Origin: Antedon mediterranea
Taxonomy: Eukaryota; Animalia; Echinodermata
Direction of reading: 5' to 3'
DNA: 64,000 nt
NCBI RefSeq assembly: GCF_964355755.1
Contig: NC_092679.1
Location: forward strand, 11,639,432 to 11,703,431
Shown piece after piece: positions 1 to 12,713 of the stretch (the first letter of the stretch is position 1; each line of letters begins with the position of its first letter). A program made the position numbers and the translations under genes. The notes below the pieces were generated by a model. That model searched no databases. It saw only the letters and a list, made by a program, of their open reading frames with translations, and was not told the origin of the DNA.

Positions 1-177
1 ATTAAATACTTACCACAACCAAAAATAAACAATATTTTCGCTCGTTGAGTAAATATATACCTTTGTTTTACAACAAACTGGACGGTTTGTTTGTTGATAT
101 ATATTTACTCCATTGTGTTGGTTCCAGGGGGTGTTTCCCTTTCCCTTTCCAAATTAATTCAACTAACTTTATTGAAT

Positions 178-790
178 TCTGAATACCACACCTTAGAATA
201 AGTAAGAAAGATATTCACATAAAAAGTAACAAATAAATACTTGGTATTTATAAATAAAAATTGGTGATTTTACAGATGTGTTTCTTGCACACTTTCGCAT
301 ATTCAACTTTCAATATTTTCGTCTCTATGGAGCGCCAAAAAACAACAATAATAGAGGGCTAAAAATGCGTCTACATTTAATGCATTTATTTGTGAAATAC
401 ACGTTTAATTTGTTCAATACATTTTGTCAATTTGTCAATAAAAATGTTATAATATGTTAATATTATGATTTTGTCGATTTTATTCTTAAAGTTAACGAAA
501 CCGTGTAAACTATCAACAGTAACATTTTATTTGTATTGACACTGACAAAATATATTGAATTGAACATGATTTTCACCAAAAAAATTAGTTAAATAGATGG
601 ATTCCACATAGTGTTTAGCCATCTAATTATGTTGCTCTTTTGGCGTTCCATAGAAACAAAATATTAAACATAGAGTACTGTATTCGAAATTCGCATGAGA
701 AAAACGTCTGTAAAATCATCAATTTATTTAAAGAATGTATTGTTATTTTATTGATTCTTCTTCATCTAATTCTAAGGTGTGGTATTCAGG
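178..790. mobile_element. Degenerate palindromic MITE-like element
   Basis: The left arm (gaataccacaccttagaat...ctctatggagcgccaaaa) is an imperfect reverse complement of the right arm (ttttggcgttccatagaaac...attctaaggtgtggtattc). No TSD resolved. Confidence 0.55.
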
Positions 791-939
791 ATACAGTTTA
801 GAGTTAAAATACCAGGCAGGTGCGAAAGACAACAATTGGTAATCTTAGGTCTTGGGTCTTAGGTTTCGTGATCTTAGGTCTTACTGGGTCTTAGCTTTCG
901 TGATCTTAGGTTCTTGACACCCTCGCCGGGCATGCTCGA

Positions 940-1593
940 GCTTGCACTCAAGAGATCCACCCATCTCGTAAGCGATCACCTCCCTCTATTAAGAAGACCA
1001 CCATATCTAAGGTGGTCGCTTACGAGATGGCCGCTTGTTGAAAGTTGGTCGCTTACGAGAGGTGGATAGATTGATTGATAAGTAAAGAGAGTGATGGTCT
1101 TTTAAAAGAGATGGTCACTTACGAAAGGTGCTCGATTATGAGAAGCGGTCCTTTATTAGAGGAGGTGATCACTTACGAGAGGTGGTCGATTATGAGAAGC
1201 GGTCCTTTAACAGAGATGATGGACCGTGGTCGTTCAATAGAAGTAGTCGCTAAAGAGGGTGGTTGCTTACGATGTATGGTCTGTTTTTAGGGAGGTGGAT
1301 AGACTAATAGCTAAGCAAAGAGATAAATTTGCACATGATTTAGACATAGGTTTGTAAAATATATAATATTTTCTACATCAGCTGACGATAGTAACTACAT
1401 TAGCTGGAAGGCAATTTGCGTTACTACATTAGCTGTTGACCGTTCTACATTAGCTGGTGTTGATTTGATTATTTACTACATAAGCTGTTGGTGTTTCTAC
1501 ATTAGCTTGAGGTTTTACTAATTAGCGGTGGATTGTTTTACATTAGCGGTTGTTTCGACAATAGCTGGCGTTTTCTACATTAGCGGTTGTAAC
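940..1593. repeat. Composite repeat: GACCACCTCTCGTAAG-type subrepeats followed by CTACATTAGCTG subrepeats
   Basis: Short degenerate tandem units ending ...cggttgtaaca. The same arrangement recurs at about 62620-63052, and related subrepeats occur at 61335-61730. Confidence 0.55.
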
Positions 1594-1934
1594 AGGGCCC
1601 CGTGTCATCACAACTAAACGTCATACTTGCAGGAGGAAGAGTAAAATTTCACTATTTCTCTGATACTAGGCATCAGGCCCCCTCCGCTACTGTACGCATA
1701 TGATGCGTGTTATACGATGACCTGTAATAATTAGTCTCACTACCATTTTTTGTTAAAGCCAGAGAAATTTACAAAAAAGCATTGATTGATTGTTCTTGCT
1801 ATTGATTTACTTTAAGATCAATATTAAAAAATTGTACAGTACTATACCTTTTGTACTTGCTGCAATAACAGAGCAAGCTAGGATCATACATATTTGATAG
1901 AAAAATCCGCAGTAAATAATCGAAGATTCCAAAG

Positions 1935-2197
1935 GATTCCGCCGTGGTTACTAACTTCCGCCGTGGCATTCTGTACTTTGCTGTCGTGTTTCATTACTTA
2001 ATTTGCCGTGGTGTTTCATTTGATTTTCCGTACGTGGTGTAAGTTGCCGTGGTATTTTTGTTAAATAGCCGTGATGTTTTATTTTTAATTTGCCCTGAGG
2101 TTTTTTTCCGTGGGGTTTTTTGTAAATTGCCCTGTTTTTTTTTGTAAATTGCAGTGGCTTTACAACAAAATTGCCATGACACTTACAGGCCACCGTA
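1935..2197. mobile_element. Terminal fragment of a second IS3EU-like transposon family
   Basis: Ends in GGCCACCGTA (reverse complement TACGGTGGCC, versus TACGGTGGCT of the 12671 element), with TTGCCGTGG subterminal repeats. No partner end found. Confidence 0.5.
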
Positions 2198-2789
2198 GTG
2201 TTAGCCAGCTACCAATTATTATCTTGTCAGTATACTGACGTTTCCTTAGGCCTACTAGTTACTTAAGCCGTTTCAGGTCGGCCTTAACTAAAATATGTTT
2301 AGGTCCATTGATTGTGAGCAAATAAGGCCTATTAATAATTAACGGTAAGGGTAAGCAATCTAGAGGCTAGAGTAGATGGTTTCACTTTTCTCCCAATTCA
2401 AATTAAAAGAACAGCTTCACGTCACTAATTGTTATTTGTAAAATGCATCATAAAAATGAATATACACAATTATCCTCTCTTTTATTAATATATTAAAAAA
2501 GCCTTAAAATCAACTAGGACGTTGGCCCCTCCCCTCTATCTTTAAGTAGACTGGATCCGCCGCTTAAAATATTTGTTAGAGGAAATTTGTAGGCAATTGT
2601 CTATCTGCTTGCAGCACTCACTTTGCAATTTCAAGTATAATAATAGGAATTGCAGAAGCTTTTTGTTGTATATTAATTAATTTCAAATAACACTTTTTAA
2701 AAAGAAAACCTTCATTGCATTTTAAAGTTGTATGGGTACCAGATTAACATTTAGTTTTCGTTCGATGTCTTTTTCATTTTGACGACTAG

Positions 2790-4602
2790 ATTAAAGAGTT
2801 GGGGTACACAGACTTCCACGCAATCGATGCATCCAGCGTGGCACTGGAGAAGGCAAAATCCCGACAAGCTTATACTAATTTTATTCAAGAATTGATTACT
2901 GCAGAAAAAAAACTCAGCATAGAGACAGGTATATAGCCTACAGTGCTAGAAAGGATAGGGATAAAGGCATTAGACATGCTAAATGACACATTTTTGTTTC
3001 GATTTTCGTTCGAAGCAGACAGGCTAAATGTAGGCTACATGTAAACAAACCATATTTTGCATGATAACCAAAATAGTATATCATGTTTATTATAAAGTAA
3101 CAGTGGCCTACCAGCTTCAGTCGCAGATGATGGGCTAATCCAGAATTCATGAAGCATACGCTAATGTAATTACCTATTTCCCATTTCTTTTTTTTTTTAA
3201 ATTCCCTACTTTATGTTCTTAAAGATACATATGATGGTTTGGTGAGTGTTGCTTGTTTTGCATCCGGGCATTTGGAACCAGACTGTGTTGACGATTGGTG
3301 CCGTATTGTTAAACCAGGTAGGCCTACTACGTAGACAATGATTTCACATTATTTACCTCCGCCAAGGAGGTATGTAGGCCTAGTCGATTGCGTGTGTCTG
3401 TTTGTCTGTCTGTTTGTTTGTTAGCAGGAATACTCAACAAGTTTTTGCAATATCTTTACCAAATGAAAATACAGATAGGCCTACTGTAGATATCTGGTCA
3501 AGGACCACTCCATTAAATTTTGGAGGCAATACGGACCAGGGTCCCAATTCTGGACCCCTTTTAATATTATTTTCAGACCTGAGTGTTAAAAGATACGAGA
3601 CAATTTGCAAAAACCGGCGATCAGTCTTAAAGTACGGTAACAAGTAAACTGAAATTGATTTTATCGATAACTACTTAATGTCCAAAAAACGGCAAGAGTT
3701 ATAATTTGTGATTTGTAATTTTAAAACATAATTGATTTAATGTATTTCATTTCAAATTCACTCGTTCGTTTTTGGCTTTGCTGTTCTATTGTTAGTCAAT
3801 TTAAACTATTGTTAGTTGAAAGGCTGGTTACATAACCATTACACTAAATTCGCATACACATGGTTGTAGTGAAATTAGCCTAATCACACACAGCGTTAAT
3901 TTTTTTTCCCGGTGAAATCTTTTCTAGGAGAATGTTACAGTAGGCGGAGGTATGCACTCTCGGAGTGCCGTTCTAGTTCATTTTGTAACGATATCTTCAG
4001 TTGAATCTGAGCGGTGTTATTGACTTGCAAGTTTTTTACTTTTGAGAGATCACCATTGACTATGCATGTCAATCTTTTATATTAATAACATAACACATTC
4101 CATTACGGTAACAATACAAACTAGCCCCCATCTATTCTTCGAATTCATTTTTAAAAAGCTACGTGTAAAGGATTGTTCCCCTATTAAGTTCGCGATTAAC
4201 TGCTCACTACAGTTTATGTGAAATGTTCTTCCTCCGCGATCAAAGTCTGATGATCAACGTTTCCTTGTTGAAACGCCAGCGTGTACCTTCGGTTAACTGC
4301 ATCTTGAATGGCAGTCTATCATTATCAACTTACAGCATTCTTTATATGTGTTGTATGGCAATTTTTATTCCTTTTCTAAATAATTGATTTAACATTTTTT
4401 TCACGCTTATTTAGGTGGCATTGTGTTGATTGTAATGAATCAACGATGGCTATTTCATGAGCCATCTTACAACGAAGGAAAGCTTGAAGCAGTCTTCCAG
4501 AAACGTGTCAATGAAGGCAAATGGGAGTTAGTTGTTAGAGAACAGAGAGATAAATATTTTGTTAAGGATGTAGCAGAAGTTTTTGTTTTCAATGTGAAAT
4601 AA
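2790..4602 (+). CDS. METTL27: METTL27/WBSCR27-like SAM methyltransferase, copy 1 (last three coding exons; 5' exons not found in window)
   Basis: Exons 2790-2928, 3225-3317 and 4415-4602 with GT-AG borders and consistent phases (IKELGYTDFHAIDAS...; DTYDGLVSVACFASGH...WCRIVKPGG...VFVFNVK*). Highly similar to copy 2. Confidence 0.85.
3353..3976 (+). mobile_element. Helentron-associated non-autonomous element (HINE/DINE-1-like) in a METTL27 intron
   Basis: 5' TACCTCCGCCAAGGAGG, then GTCT/GTTT microsatellite, 3' subterminal IR GGCGGAGGTA plus hairpin GCACTCTCGGAGTGC and CTAG, inserted at TT. Absent from the equivalent intron of copy 2. Confidence 0.75.
4245..4280 (+). ncRNA. Degenerate minimal hammerhead-ribozyme-like motif (Penelope/retrozyme relic)
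   Basis: TCTGATGATCAAC-gtttcctt-GTTGAAACGCCAG matches the CUGANGA...GAAA core; the cleavage triplet appears mutated. A more decayed copy lies at about 39640-39670. Confidence 0.35.
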
Positions 4603-5293
4603 AGAAATATACACACACGCCTGTGCCTACAGTACATGAATTACATTTAATTCATATAAAACTAAATTTATATATCTCCCAAATGACTTTCATGGGTTAT
4701 TTATCTCTCTGTCTGGTTTTTACTGTGTAAAGTATATTGAGATGCAAATAAATAAAGCAAATCGATTTAAATTACAATAATAAAGTAAACATTGATAGAC
4801 TGGTAAACTAAAATGGATATTTTAAGCCAGTGAAGTTATTTAAAAATAAATGATACACATGATCAAACAATTAATTTAAAAAACATAGCTTGGCTGCTTT
4901 ATTTTGCAAAACTTAAAGACGTTTGATTTTTTTTAAGGATGAATATCGCTCTTCTTTGTGAATTGAAATGAATACTTAATGCATTAACATGCAGCACTGG
5001 TTAAAAGTACAAGTAATGTTGATATTATTCTGTATATCTATATTTCGAACTTAAAAAGGTTGTTATCTTTTTAACATCGGGAAAGAAATCCTTGCTCTAA
5101 TAAATAAAGGTATAGATGTAAATGGATATCAATTGCCTACAAATTATCCGATTAACTAAATAATTACTTATTTAATTTAAAAAATATTATTACTCAGAAG
5201 ACAAAACATAATTCTTTGGTAACAACGCTTTAATTTGAAATGTTTTTAAAAGCATTAATATTTATCCAGATTATCAAGTTTGCATTTAAATAG

Positions 5294-5420
5294 AATAAAA
5301 CAGCAGGCTCCTTGGCTTAGTAGTAATTAATAATAATAAAACAGCAGGCTCCTTGGCTTAGTAGTAATTAATAATAATAAAACAGCAGGCTCCTTGGCTT
5401 AGTAGTAATTAATAATAATA
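5294..5420. repeat. 41-bp tandem repeat, 3 copies
   Basis: CAGCAGGCTCCTTGGCTTAGTAGTAATTAATAATAATAAAA starting at 5301, 5342 and 5383 (third copy slightly truncated). Confidence 0.9.
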
Positions 5421-5807
5421 GTTTATTATGTCGGTAACTAAAAACTCCAAACAAACAGACAATAGGATTGCTATAATAAAGTCGAAATTCCACTTGAATG
5501 GAAGGATATTTGTAACAAAATAATACTTGATTCCCAATAGCTGCCAGAGTAAAATTTTCAACAAACTGGAAAACCTAATCAAACACATATTTTACTTTTA
5601 AGACTTGTTTCTATTAGGTCTTTATGTGCACTTTAAAAAAAACACATCCATCACTTCTCTAATTTCGGTTCTATAACTAATCCCGATTGAGATTTAAAAA
5701 AAAAAATAGCCTCTTCATTAGATATCCTGGATATACTATTGATTTTGCTCCTTTTCCATGATGAAAAAAAAACCCACTACACTTCTGCACATGGTCACAT
5801 TATGTAC

Positions 5808-6422
5808 TGTAATAATAGTGTTATGAGGTTTCTGACTTGTAATGAAGACTCTACTCGCTTGACTGTAGTAACACATATATTGTTTATTCAATAATACGTT
5901 ATATACTCAATACAATACAATATAACGAGAAACAGGAATAGAGGATACAGTGATGCTGTCGGTGAGGTGTGAGGTGTGTATGTCTGCTTCTGGAGAAGTG
6001 GCTGTGAGGTGTAGATGTTCTTCTGAAGAAGTGGCTGTGAGGTGTGTCTGGGCTCTTCTGAAACTTGTGGGTATATTGGCTCAGTTCATTAGCATAATGT
6101 CAATTACATCATCTCAGAGGTTACTGATTGGTCCTAAGTTGATCCAGGGGTGTTTAAGTAGAAGTGATTAACGGTATAATAAGGTATTTCAATGATGGAT
6201 AACACTGTCAAATCTGTACTTAAATAGTGTCAATCTCTCCTGGTTTAACGATGGAGGAGGTCGTAAGGTTAAGCTTCTTTAGGGGTTCAATTATAAACTA
6301 AATGGACTTTTAAAACATCTGGACACACTCTCCACTGGACTTTCTGGGCCAAGTTCGTGAACTCAATTGAATCTCATACAAAGGTTGATTTCTTAATTAT
6401 AAAAGTATATCATTATATTACA
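5808..6422 (-). mobile_element. Solo LTR (Ty3/gypsy-like), 615 bp
   Basis: TGTAATA...TATTACA termini with 4-bp TSD GTAC (5804-5807, 6423-6426). AATAAA on the minus strand. The empty site is visible in the paralogous flank at about 41555 (cattatgttctgctg). Confidence 0.8.
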
Positions 6423-7569
6423 GTACTGCTGCCCCGATGCCCACGTACGATTATTCGAACATAATAAACTGATATTATTTTACCCAAGTGACAGAATTAG
6501 ACTTTCAAACGATGGACAGCAGTGGTTAAATTATTATTTGGTTTGATCATTACTGTAGACCTAGAGCCATTGTAAAATACGTGCACAAAAGACCTTCTTA
6601 AAATAATAATGTCTAGCGCACTTTCCATCACCACTGTAATCAGTATGCTATCGCTTATTGAACCACTAGACCACATAACTATTCAAATATATTATGCATC
6701 TGAGCGTACGTTCATAACAAGAATCATATTAAGTACTTTCAACAATGATTCGGATAGCAAAAATAAGCGGTAAGTATCTCTATTTAAAGCTCATAGTCCA
6801 TTCATTTTAACTTTTTACTTGGAACTAATTGCAACAGAATTTTTTTCACCGGAATGCATTTCCGCAGAACACCATACTAAAAGTCCCAAAAAAATCCTAA
6901 TAGGGGAAAGGTGTCTAATTTGTATAAATCCAAAGTGGCCGCCAAAATTCAATAATTTGACATATATTTTGACATAAAAACGGCCTATTTGAATGTTTAA
7001 TGTTCCGAATGAGGTCCATGGGCTTTCATTTGAAAAAAGGTTACAATTTGATTTATTACTGGATAATTTGCATACAAATTAGCATATTTTTTAATGATCG
7101 CTAAATTCTTATGTTAATCCTATTATCTGCTGGTTTTCATGAATATATATTACTTTTTGTTCATACCTTTTCAAGTAGAAAAGTATTTTGTGCCTTCTTG
7201 GTAGGTGTGGTACAAGCATACAGTACTTAGAATAGAAATTAACAATTTGTAATAAACTGTAACTGAAATGGAAGGTGGGTCAAATATAACTGTACATTAT
7301 GTCCTAATTATGTGAGTTATATGGCATCTGATTTGTTCCTTGTTCTACTGTAAAAAAATTATCTTGCTCATTTAGCGCCAATCAATTAGTCATGTACTGC
7401 AAGTCTTGTGGCTCGGAATTCCTGCAGCTTCTCTGCATTCCGTGGACACATTGCAGAAGAGACCATGGTGTCAATATGTACACCTATTCGTTTGCACACT
7501 GAGTCTTGCAGTCTGTCACGAACTCCCTTTACGTTTCCGAGCGGTTGAAAATACTTTAGGAACTCCCTT

Positions 7570-8035
7570 GTGACATAAAAGTATACACACAAAATCCACA
7601 AAGTTGTAAAATAACTCAAAACAAAGCTTTAATTTCAGTCAACTTCAACCTTCGACAATCCAGTAAGCACTTTAAACAACAGCTTCACAATAACTTTTAC
7701 AATCGAATATCCAACAACCTTACAATAGTTTTACACATCCCTTTATATACAAGATGTTCCTATCCTTCTAGATCGTTCTTTATACTTCTTATTCTAGGGA
7801 TTATATCCCTTTATATACAAGATGTTCCTATCCTTCTAGATCGTTCTTTATACTTCTTATTCTATGGGATTACAGTTTCTATTAATAGCACTTCTGGAAT
7901 GTTCCTGATTGTTCTTATATTAATTATACATGGTTTCTTAAATCTAAACATACTCTTATTCTAGAATATTTATGTAGATACTGTACTATGTTACTGAACA
8001 TTTAGGAATGAATGGTAATTTATTACTCAGTCACA
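7570..8035 (-). mobile_element. Possible LTR fragment with an internal ~69-bp tandem duplication
   Basis: TGTGAC...GTCACA ends and a duplicated ATCCCTTTATATACAAGATGTTCC... unit at about 7737 and 7806. No clean TSD. Confidence 0.35.
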
Positions 8036-8089
8036 GTAGATAACATTCAGTAGTTAAGATAGTGCTGGAGATTTATCAGTATGATTGGG

Positions 8090-11000
8090 TAGAAGGGTAA
8101 CTTAGCACTTTTTTTGTGCACTTTGTGACAAAAGCACCAAATTTGGCACAAACCTTCTTTAGGGTATATCTAACAATCCTAGAAGGGGTGCCCAAAAATC
8201 GAAACAATTTAACGACGTCATTTGGACCACGCCCTTTTTTTAGTATTACGTAATTAGGTGAAAACTTAAATCTTCGTATATACATACCAAGTTTGGTATC
8301 AAATTAAAACTCATGACATGTACATTGCAATACACACATAAAAAATATATGATTTCTTTTCAGACGGAATATATAGGTCAAATAATGTAATTTTCTGTCA
8401 TATTGAAGGGTATTTCAATCAAAACGTGCCAATATTGTGCTGTGTTATGAACATTGTAGTTATAAGAACAACAACATTCATTTTTGTAATAGTACGAATA
8501 TATATTTATCCTGTACCAGTTACTTTCCTTTAAAATAATATTAGGAACCACTGAAAAAAAGTATATAAAACATATACTGTATCAAACTTGGGCTCAATAA
8601 CCACTGGACTATTAGTAAACCGACAAAAGACCATTTGACTGACAATTATGGCGTTAGCATCCATAACAATACATGGAGGTGATTATCAACTTTACTTTTA
8701 TGAAATTATTTATCTGGAAACAAACACTTATAATGGTACAGAGTTGCTAGATGACGAACAAGTTCCACGGCATGGGTAACAAGACCACTGCACTGCTGAA
8801 CGGCACTTGCAGTTCCCTGAGCAAAAAGGCAACTTTTTGCAGCCACACTTTAGCAATTCCCTGCATGCCTTGGATGCTTCAGGTAGTATTGTCCAGACTG
8901 GTGTCCATGTACTGCCGGTTTTAGTCCAACCAAAGTCTTCTGGTGATGGAGCATTCTGCTGTGGCTGTACACTGGTGGTCCAAATGCTTGCTTGGTATAT
9001 GGATCTGTTGGAATGCTGTAAAAGTGCATCCTGCAATAAACAATTTAAAGATTGGTGTTACCTTTTAATGAAAGAAAAACATGAACCTGATAATAAATTA
9101 TTAAACGACAATTGACAATTATATGGAAGCTCCCCTTACCTGTGTAGGAGGAATGTTGTCCATTGTCCGTGCCTTTCTTGAAAAAAGATCTTGTCTTAGC
9201 TTAGTAACACTTCTTAAAGTACTTGTCTTGTCGTATAGATGACATGTAAACTCCTCTAGCAACTGGAATTGAGATGAGTTGACTCCTAGAGATTTGAAAG
9301 GGTGATGTGCCATGAAAAGAAAGGCTTCTGTAACTGCTGGAAATGAGTTCCACGTCTCCCATGCGGAGTGTTTTGCTTTTCCGAAGAACTGGGATATAGT
9401 ATCGGACCCAGTAAATGCATGAAAAACTGGCAGCCCTCTTGACTTATCCTTTCCTAGGTTATGGCAGATGGTATTTATATTAAAATATTGGAAGTGCTTA
9501 CCCATGCCAAATGCGACCCAGATACACGTACCAGGATAACAGGCTATTAGATTGCAGAAAATACCAACCAGGATAACAATGACATCAGTATCAACTGTAC
9601 GCACCAAAATAACCCTGCTACCTTTCTTTAAGGCATCATCAATGTGAATGCACATCTTGGAGTCGGCCTCTTCATGGTCGCAGATTGACATAGGTTGAGT
9701 AGATGTCAACATACAAAAGACTCGCCTACAGGACATATATCAAGAATTACTTACTATTTAATATGCCTTTTTAATTAATTATTGGTATGAAACTGTATAA
9801 GTAAATTAATCGTTTGGTTACAAACAAAATAAATTAGTATGTATCATAATAAAACTTACCTGATGCAGTCAGAGTAATCATGGGTAGACACCTTTGTAGT
9901 TAAAAAGTTAAATAACTCCTCTTTATTTACTGAATCTTTCAGAAAGTCTGAAAAATTCCCTGGAATCTTTGTTTGTCCCCCAACTTTCCTCCTGACCCCT
10001 TTTCCTCTTTTTTCTCCTGTAGACTGCTTAAGACTATCTGTTCTGTAAGTGTCCCACACTATATCAATTCTGTTACTATTCTGCAGCTGCTGTCTGGTCC
10101 ACGGTAGAAAGACCTGTCATACAAATGATACAAGAATAACGATCCGCATATAGAAGTGACCAATTATATGGTGGTTAAACAATAGATACAATCCTGAATG
10201 CAAAGAAATGTACTCACCTTATCATCACCGTAGTCATCAAATGTAAATGCATGGTTGCTGGAAAGAGCATGGACAATAGCAGCTCCGTCAAACACCTTTA
10301 CATCAAAATATGTAGGAGGTTCAGGCTGGCCTTCAGTCTCCAAATGCTGTAGCAACTCAGACTTCTTAGTTGGTAGTCGAAGCTTTCCATTTACTGCCAA
10401 AGAGGGTGGCCATGGCTGGTTTTCGTGCATGAAGAAGTCTTCCAAATCTCCATCACGAGATTGACTTGCAATATACTCTTAACTTGTTGCTTTGTTTTGG
10501 ACACTGATTTTGACCATGGTGTTTGATGGCTTGTTGAATAATTGCAACACTTCTGTCGAGAATAACTTCCTTGAAATATTTTTGGTACTGGGTAGTACTT
10601 ACATCCTGAATTGTACGAACTGTCACTACTGCACTTTCATTGGCACAATCTCGAGCATCCAAGACCAGAAGTTCTGAACAATTATCGAGGAATTGGTTGC
10701 CTGCATTGCTCAGGGAACTGCAAGTAGGCCTACCCTTCAGCAGGTCTTTCTTGCACTGGTCTTTGTTATCCATGCCGTGGAACCTGTTCGTCATCTAGCA
10801 ACTCTGTACCATTATAAGTGTTTGTTTCCAGATAAATAATTTCATAAAAGTAAAGTTGATAATCACCTCCATGTATTGCTATGGATGCTAACGCCATAAT
10901 TGTCAGTCAAATGGTCTTTTGTCTGTTTACTTAGTCCAATGATTATTGAGCCAAGTTTGATACAGTATATGTTTTATATACTTTTTTTCAGTGGTTCCTA

Positions 11001-11465
11001 ATATTATGTTAAAGGAAAGTAACTGATACAGGATAAATAAATATTAGTAGTTGTATTACAAAAATGAATGTTGTTGTTCTTATAACTACAATGTTCATAA
11101 CATAGCCCAATATTGGCGCGTTTTGATTGAAATCCCTTTCAATATGACAGAAAATGACATTATTTGACCTATATATTCCGTCTGAAGAGAAATCATATGT
11201 TTTTTATGTGTGTATTGCAATGTACATGTCATGAGTTTTAATTTGATACCAAACTTGGTATGTATATACGAAGATTTAAGTTTTCACCTAATTACGTAAT
11301 ACTAAAAAAAGGGCGTGGTCCAAATGACGTCGTTAAATTGTTCCGATTTTTGGGCACCCCTTCTAGGATTGTTAGATATACCCTAAAGAAGGTTTGTGCC
11401 AAATTTGGTGCTTTTGTCACAAAATGCACAATCTTCATAAAAAATGGAAGTTAGCAACCCTGCTA
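8090..11465 (-). mobile_element. Defective Academ (AcademX-type) DNA transposon with ~750-bp inverted arms
   Basis: TAG...CTA termini. 8090-8824 is the reverse complement of 10706-11465 except for the outermost ~30 bp. Interior encodes XPG/PIN nuclease and Cys-rich finger remnants. No TSD match. Confidence 0.75.
8728..10705 (-). pseudogene. C-terminal part of Academ protein (XPG/FEN1-like nuclease + Cys-rich zinc finger), spliced and disrupted
   Basis: Motifs FFMHENQPWPPSL, FDGAAIVH, CDHEEADSKM, RTVDTDV, FHAFTGSDT, P.DFGW and CGCKK..CSGNCKC. Splice donors near 10216, 9858 and 9138. The transposase half is missing. Confidence 0.8.
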
Positions 11466-11632
11466 ATAGGCCCGTTTCTCCTGGCTGCATATACTTCTTT
11501 CCATTGCATATTATCTGAAAAAAAGACACGAAGGCTGTGATAACCACCTGTAGAAGTTTGTAGCAATGTTTGAGGGTCCACATGGTACAGACGTAAGCCT
11601 ATGTTCCCTTGTAGAATTCTTTAGCCGGGTGT

Positions 11633-11964
11633 GTAGAAAGCGATGACCTCGAATTGGACGACACGACCCCAACGACTCTTGGCGTTCCATATCTGTTCGT
11701 TTGTTCGTGTCGACACATTCAGTATCAAATGGCGATATTTCTGTATTTTTTCAATCAATTGCTTGCTTGCCAGTATTATATAAGGTATGGTTTAAAGATC
11801 TTTGGCTATGTTCGGCTTCGGGATGTTATACCACACTTAGGCCTAGGCTAGGCTAGGCTATAGGGGTCGTCGGTTTCGTGTTATGGGTTGTCCAATTCTA
11901 GGTCGTCCAATTCGAGGTCGCCCGGGTCGTTGGGGTCGTCCAATTCGAGGTCATCGCTTTCTAC
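11633..11964. mobile_element. MITE, ~330 bp
   Basis: TIRs GTAGAAAGCGATGACCTCGAATTGGACGAC ... GTCGTCCAATTCGAGGTCATCGCTTTCTAC, with subterminal GTCGTCCAATTC repeats. Confidence 0.75.
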
Positions 11965-12713
11965 TACACAGCCTACTGTAGGGCGTCTAATCGTTCTAAA
12001 TCCCAATCACATTGAACCCTTTGGTAAACATCCGGATCGGTTTATGGTAAATTGAGCATTGTTTTCAGGTATACATGAATATTTTGCATAACCAGACTAG
12101 AGAACTGTATGATCAGAAGCGAACTGTTTGGTGATGTAATCCCCAGTTTCTTGTTCGTTGAGGAAGTGTAATGCTTACTTTTTCACGTCTCGTGAATGAT
12201 AGCATAACAACAAATGATACGTAGGCCTACTAAATAACTCGTGTTACTATTACTATGCGGTAGCCATATTTATTCAGTAAAAGACATAGCGCCCTCAATC
12301 AGGGGCACGATATTGTGACATTTACTACTGTATATCCATGTTCTAACCAAAGTAGAGCTGTCTTGAATGTCATTTTTTACTTTAGATCATTAAGACATTG
12401 ACTGATCGTATTTATGTTTTCTGTCAAGTCGGTGGTTTGATTATAAACTATTGAAATGATCTCAACATTTCAAAAGTAAAACTTTGTCTAATCCCTCACT
12501 AGATGCTCGCAATTTAAGATATGTTATGATAAAATACAATAAAATATAAAAAATACAATTATTTATTTACAATCTCATTCAACAGCGGGAAACCCGCCAC
12601 TTACAGAATGGAATAATATTTACTTTCTGCTATATACATATATAGTTTGTTGTTTTGTAGAGCACTCTTCTACGGTGGCTGATTTCCGCCAAAGAAAATT
12701 TTTTTTTATAATA

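Noticed and set aside
6901-7385. TAGGGG...CAAAGTGGCCGCC as the true left end of the 8090-11465 Academ
   Set aside because: No TIR match to 11465 and no TSD; at most an unrelated terminal fragment.
8076-8285. Near-identical 64-69-aa ORFs here and at 11260-11454; likewise 54667-54933 and 58993-59259
   Set aside because: Chance ORFs duplicated because they lie in inverted transposon arms.
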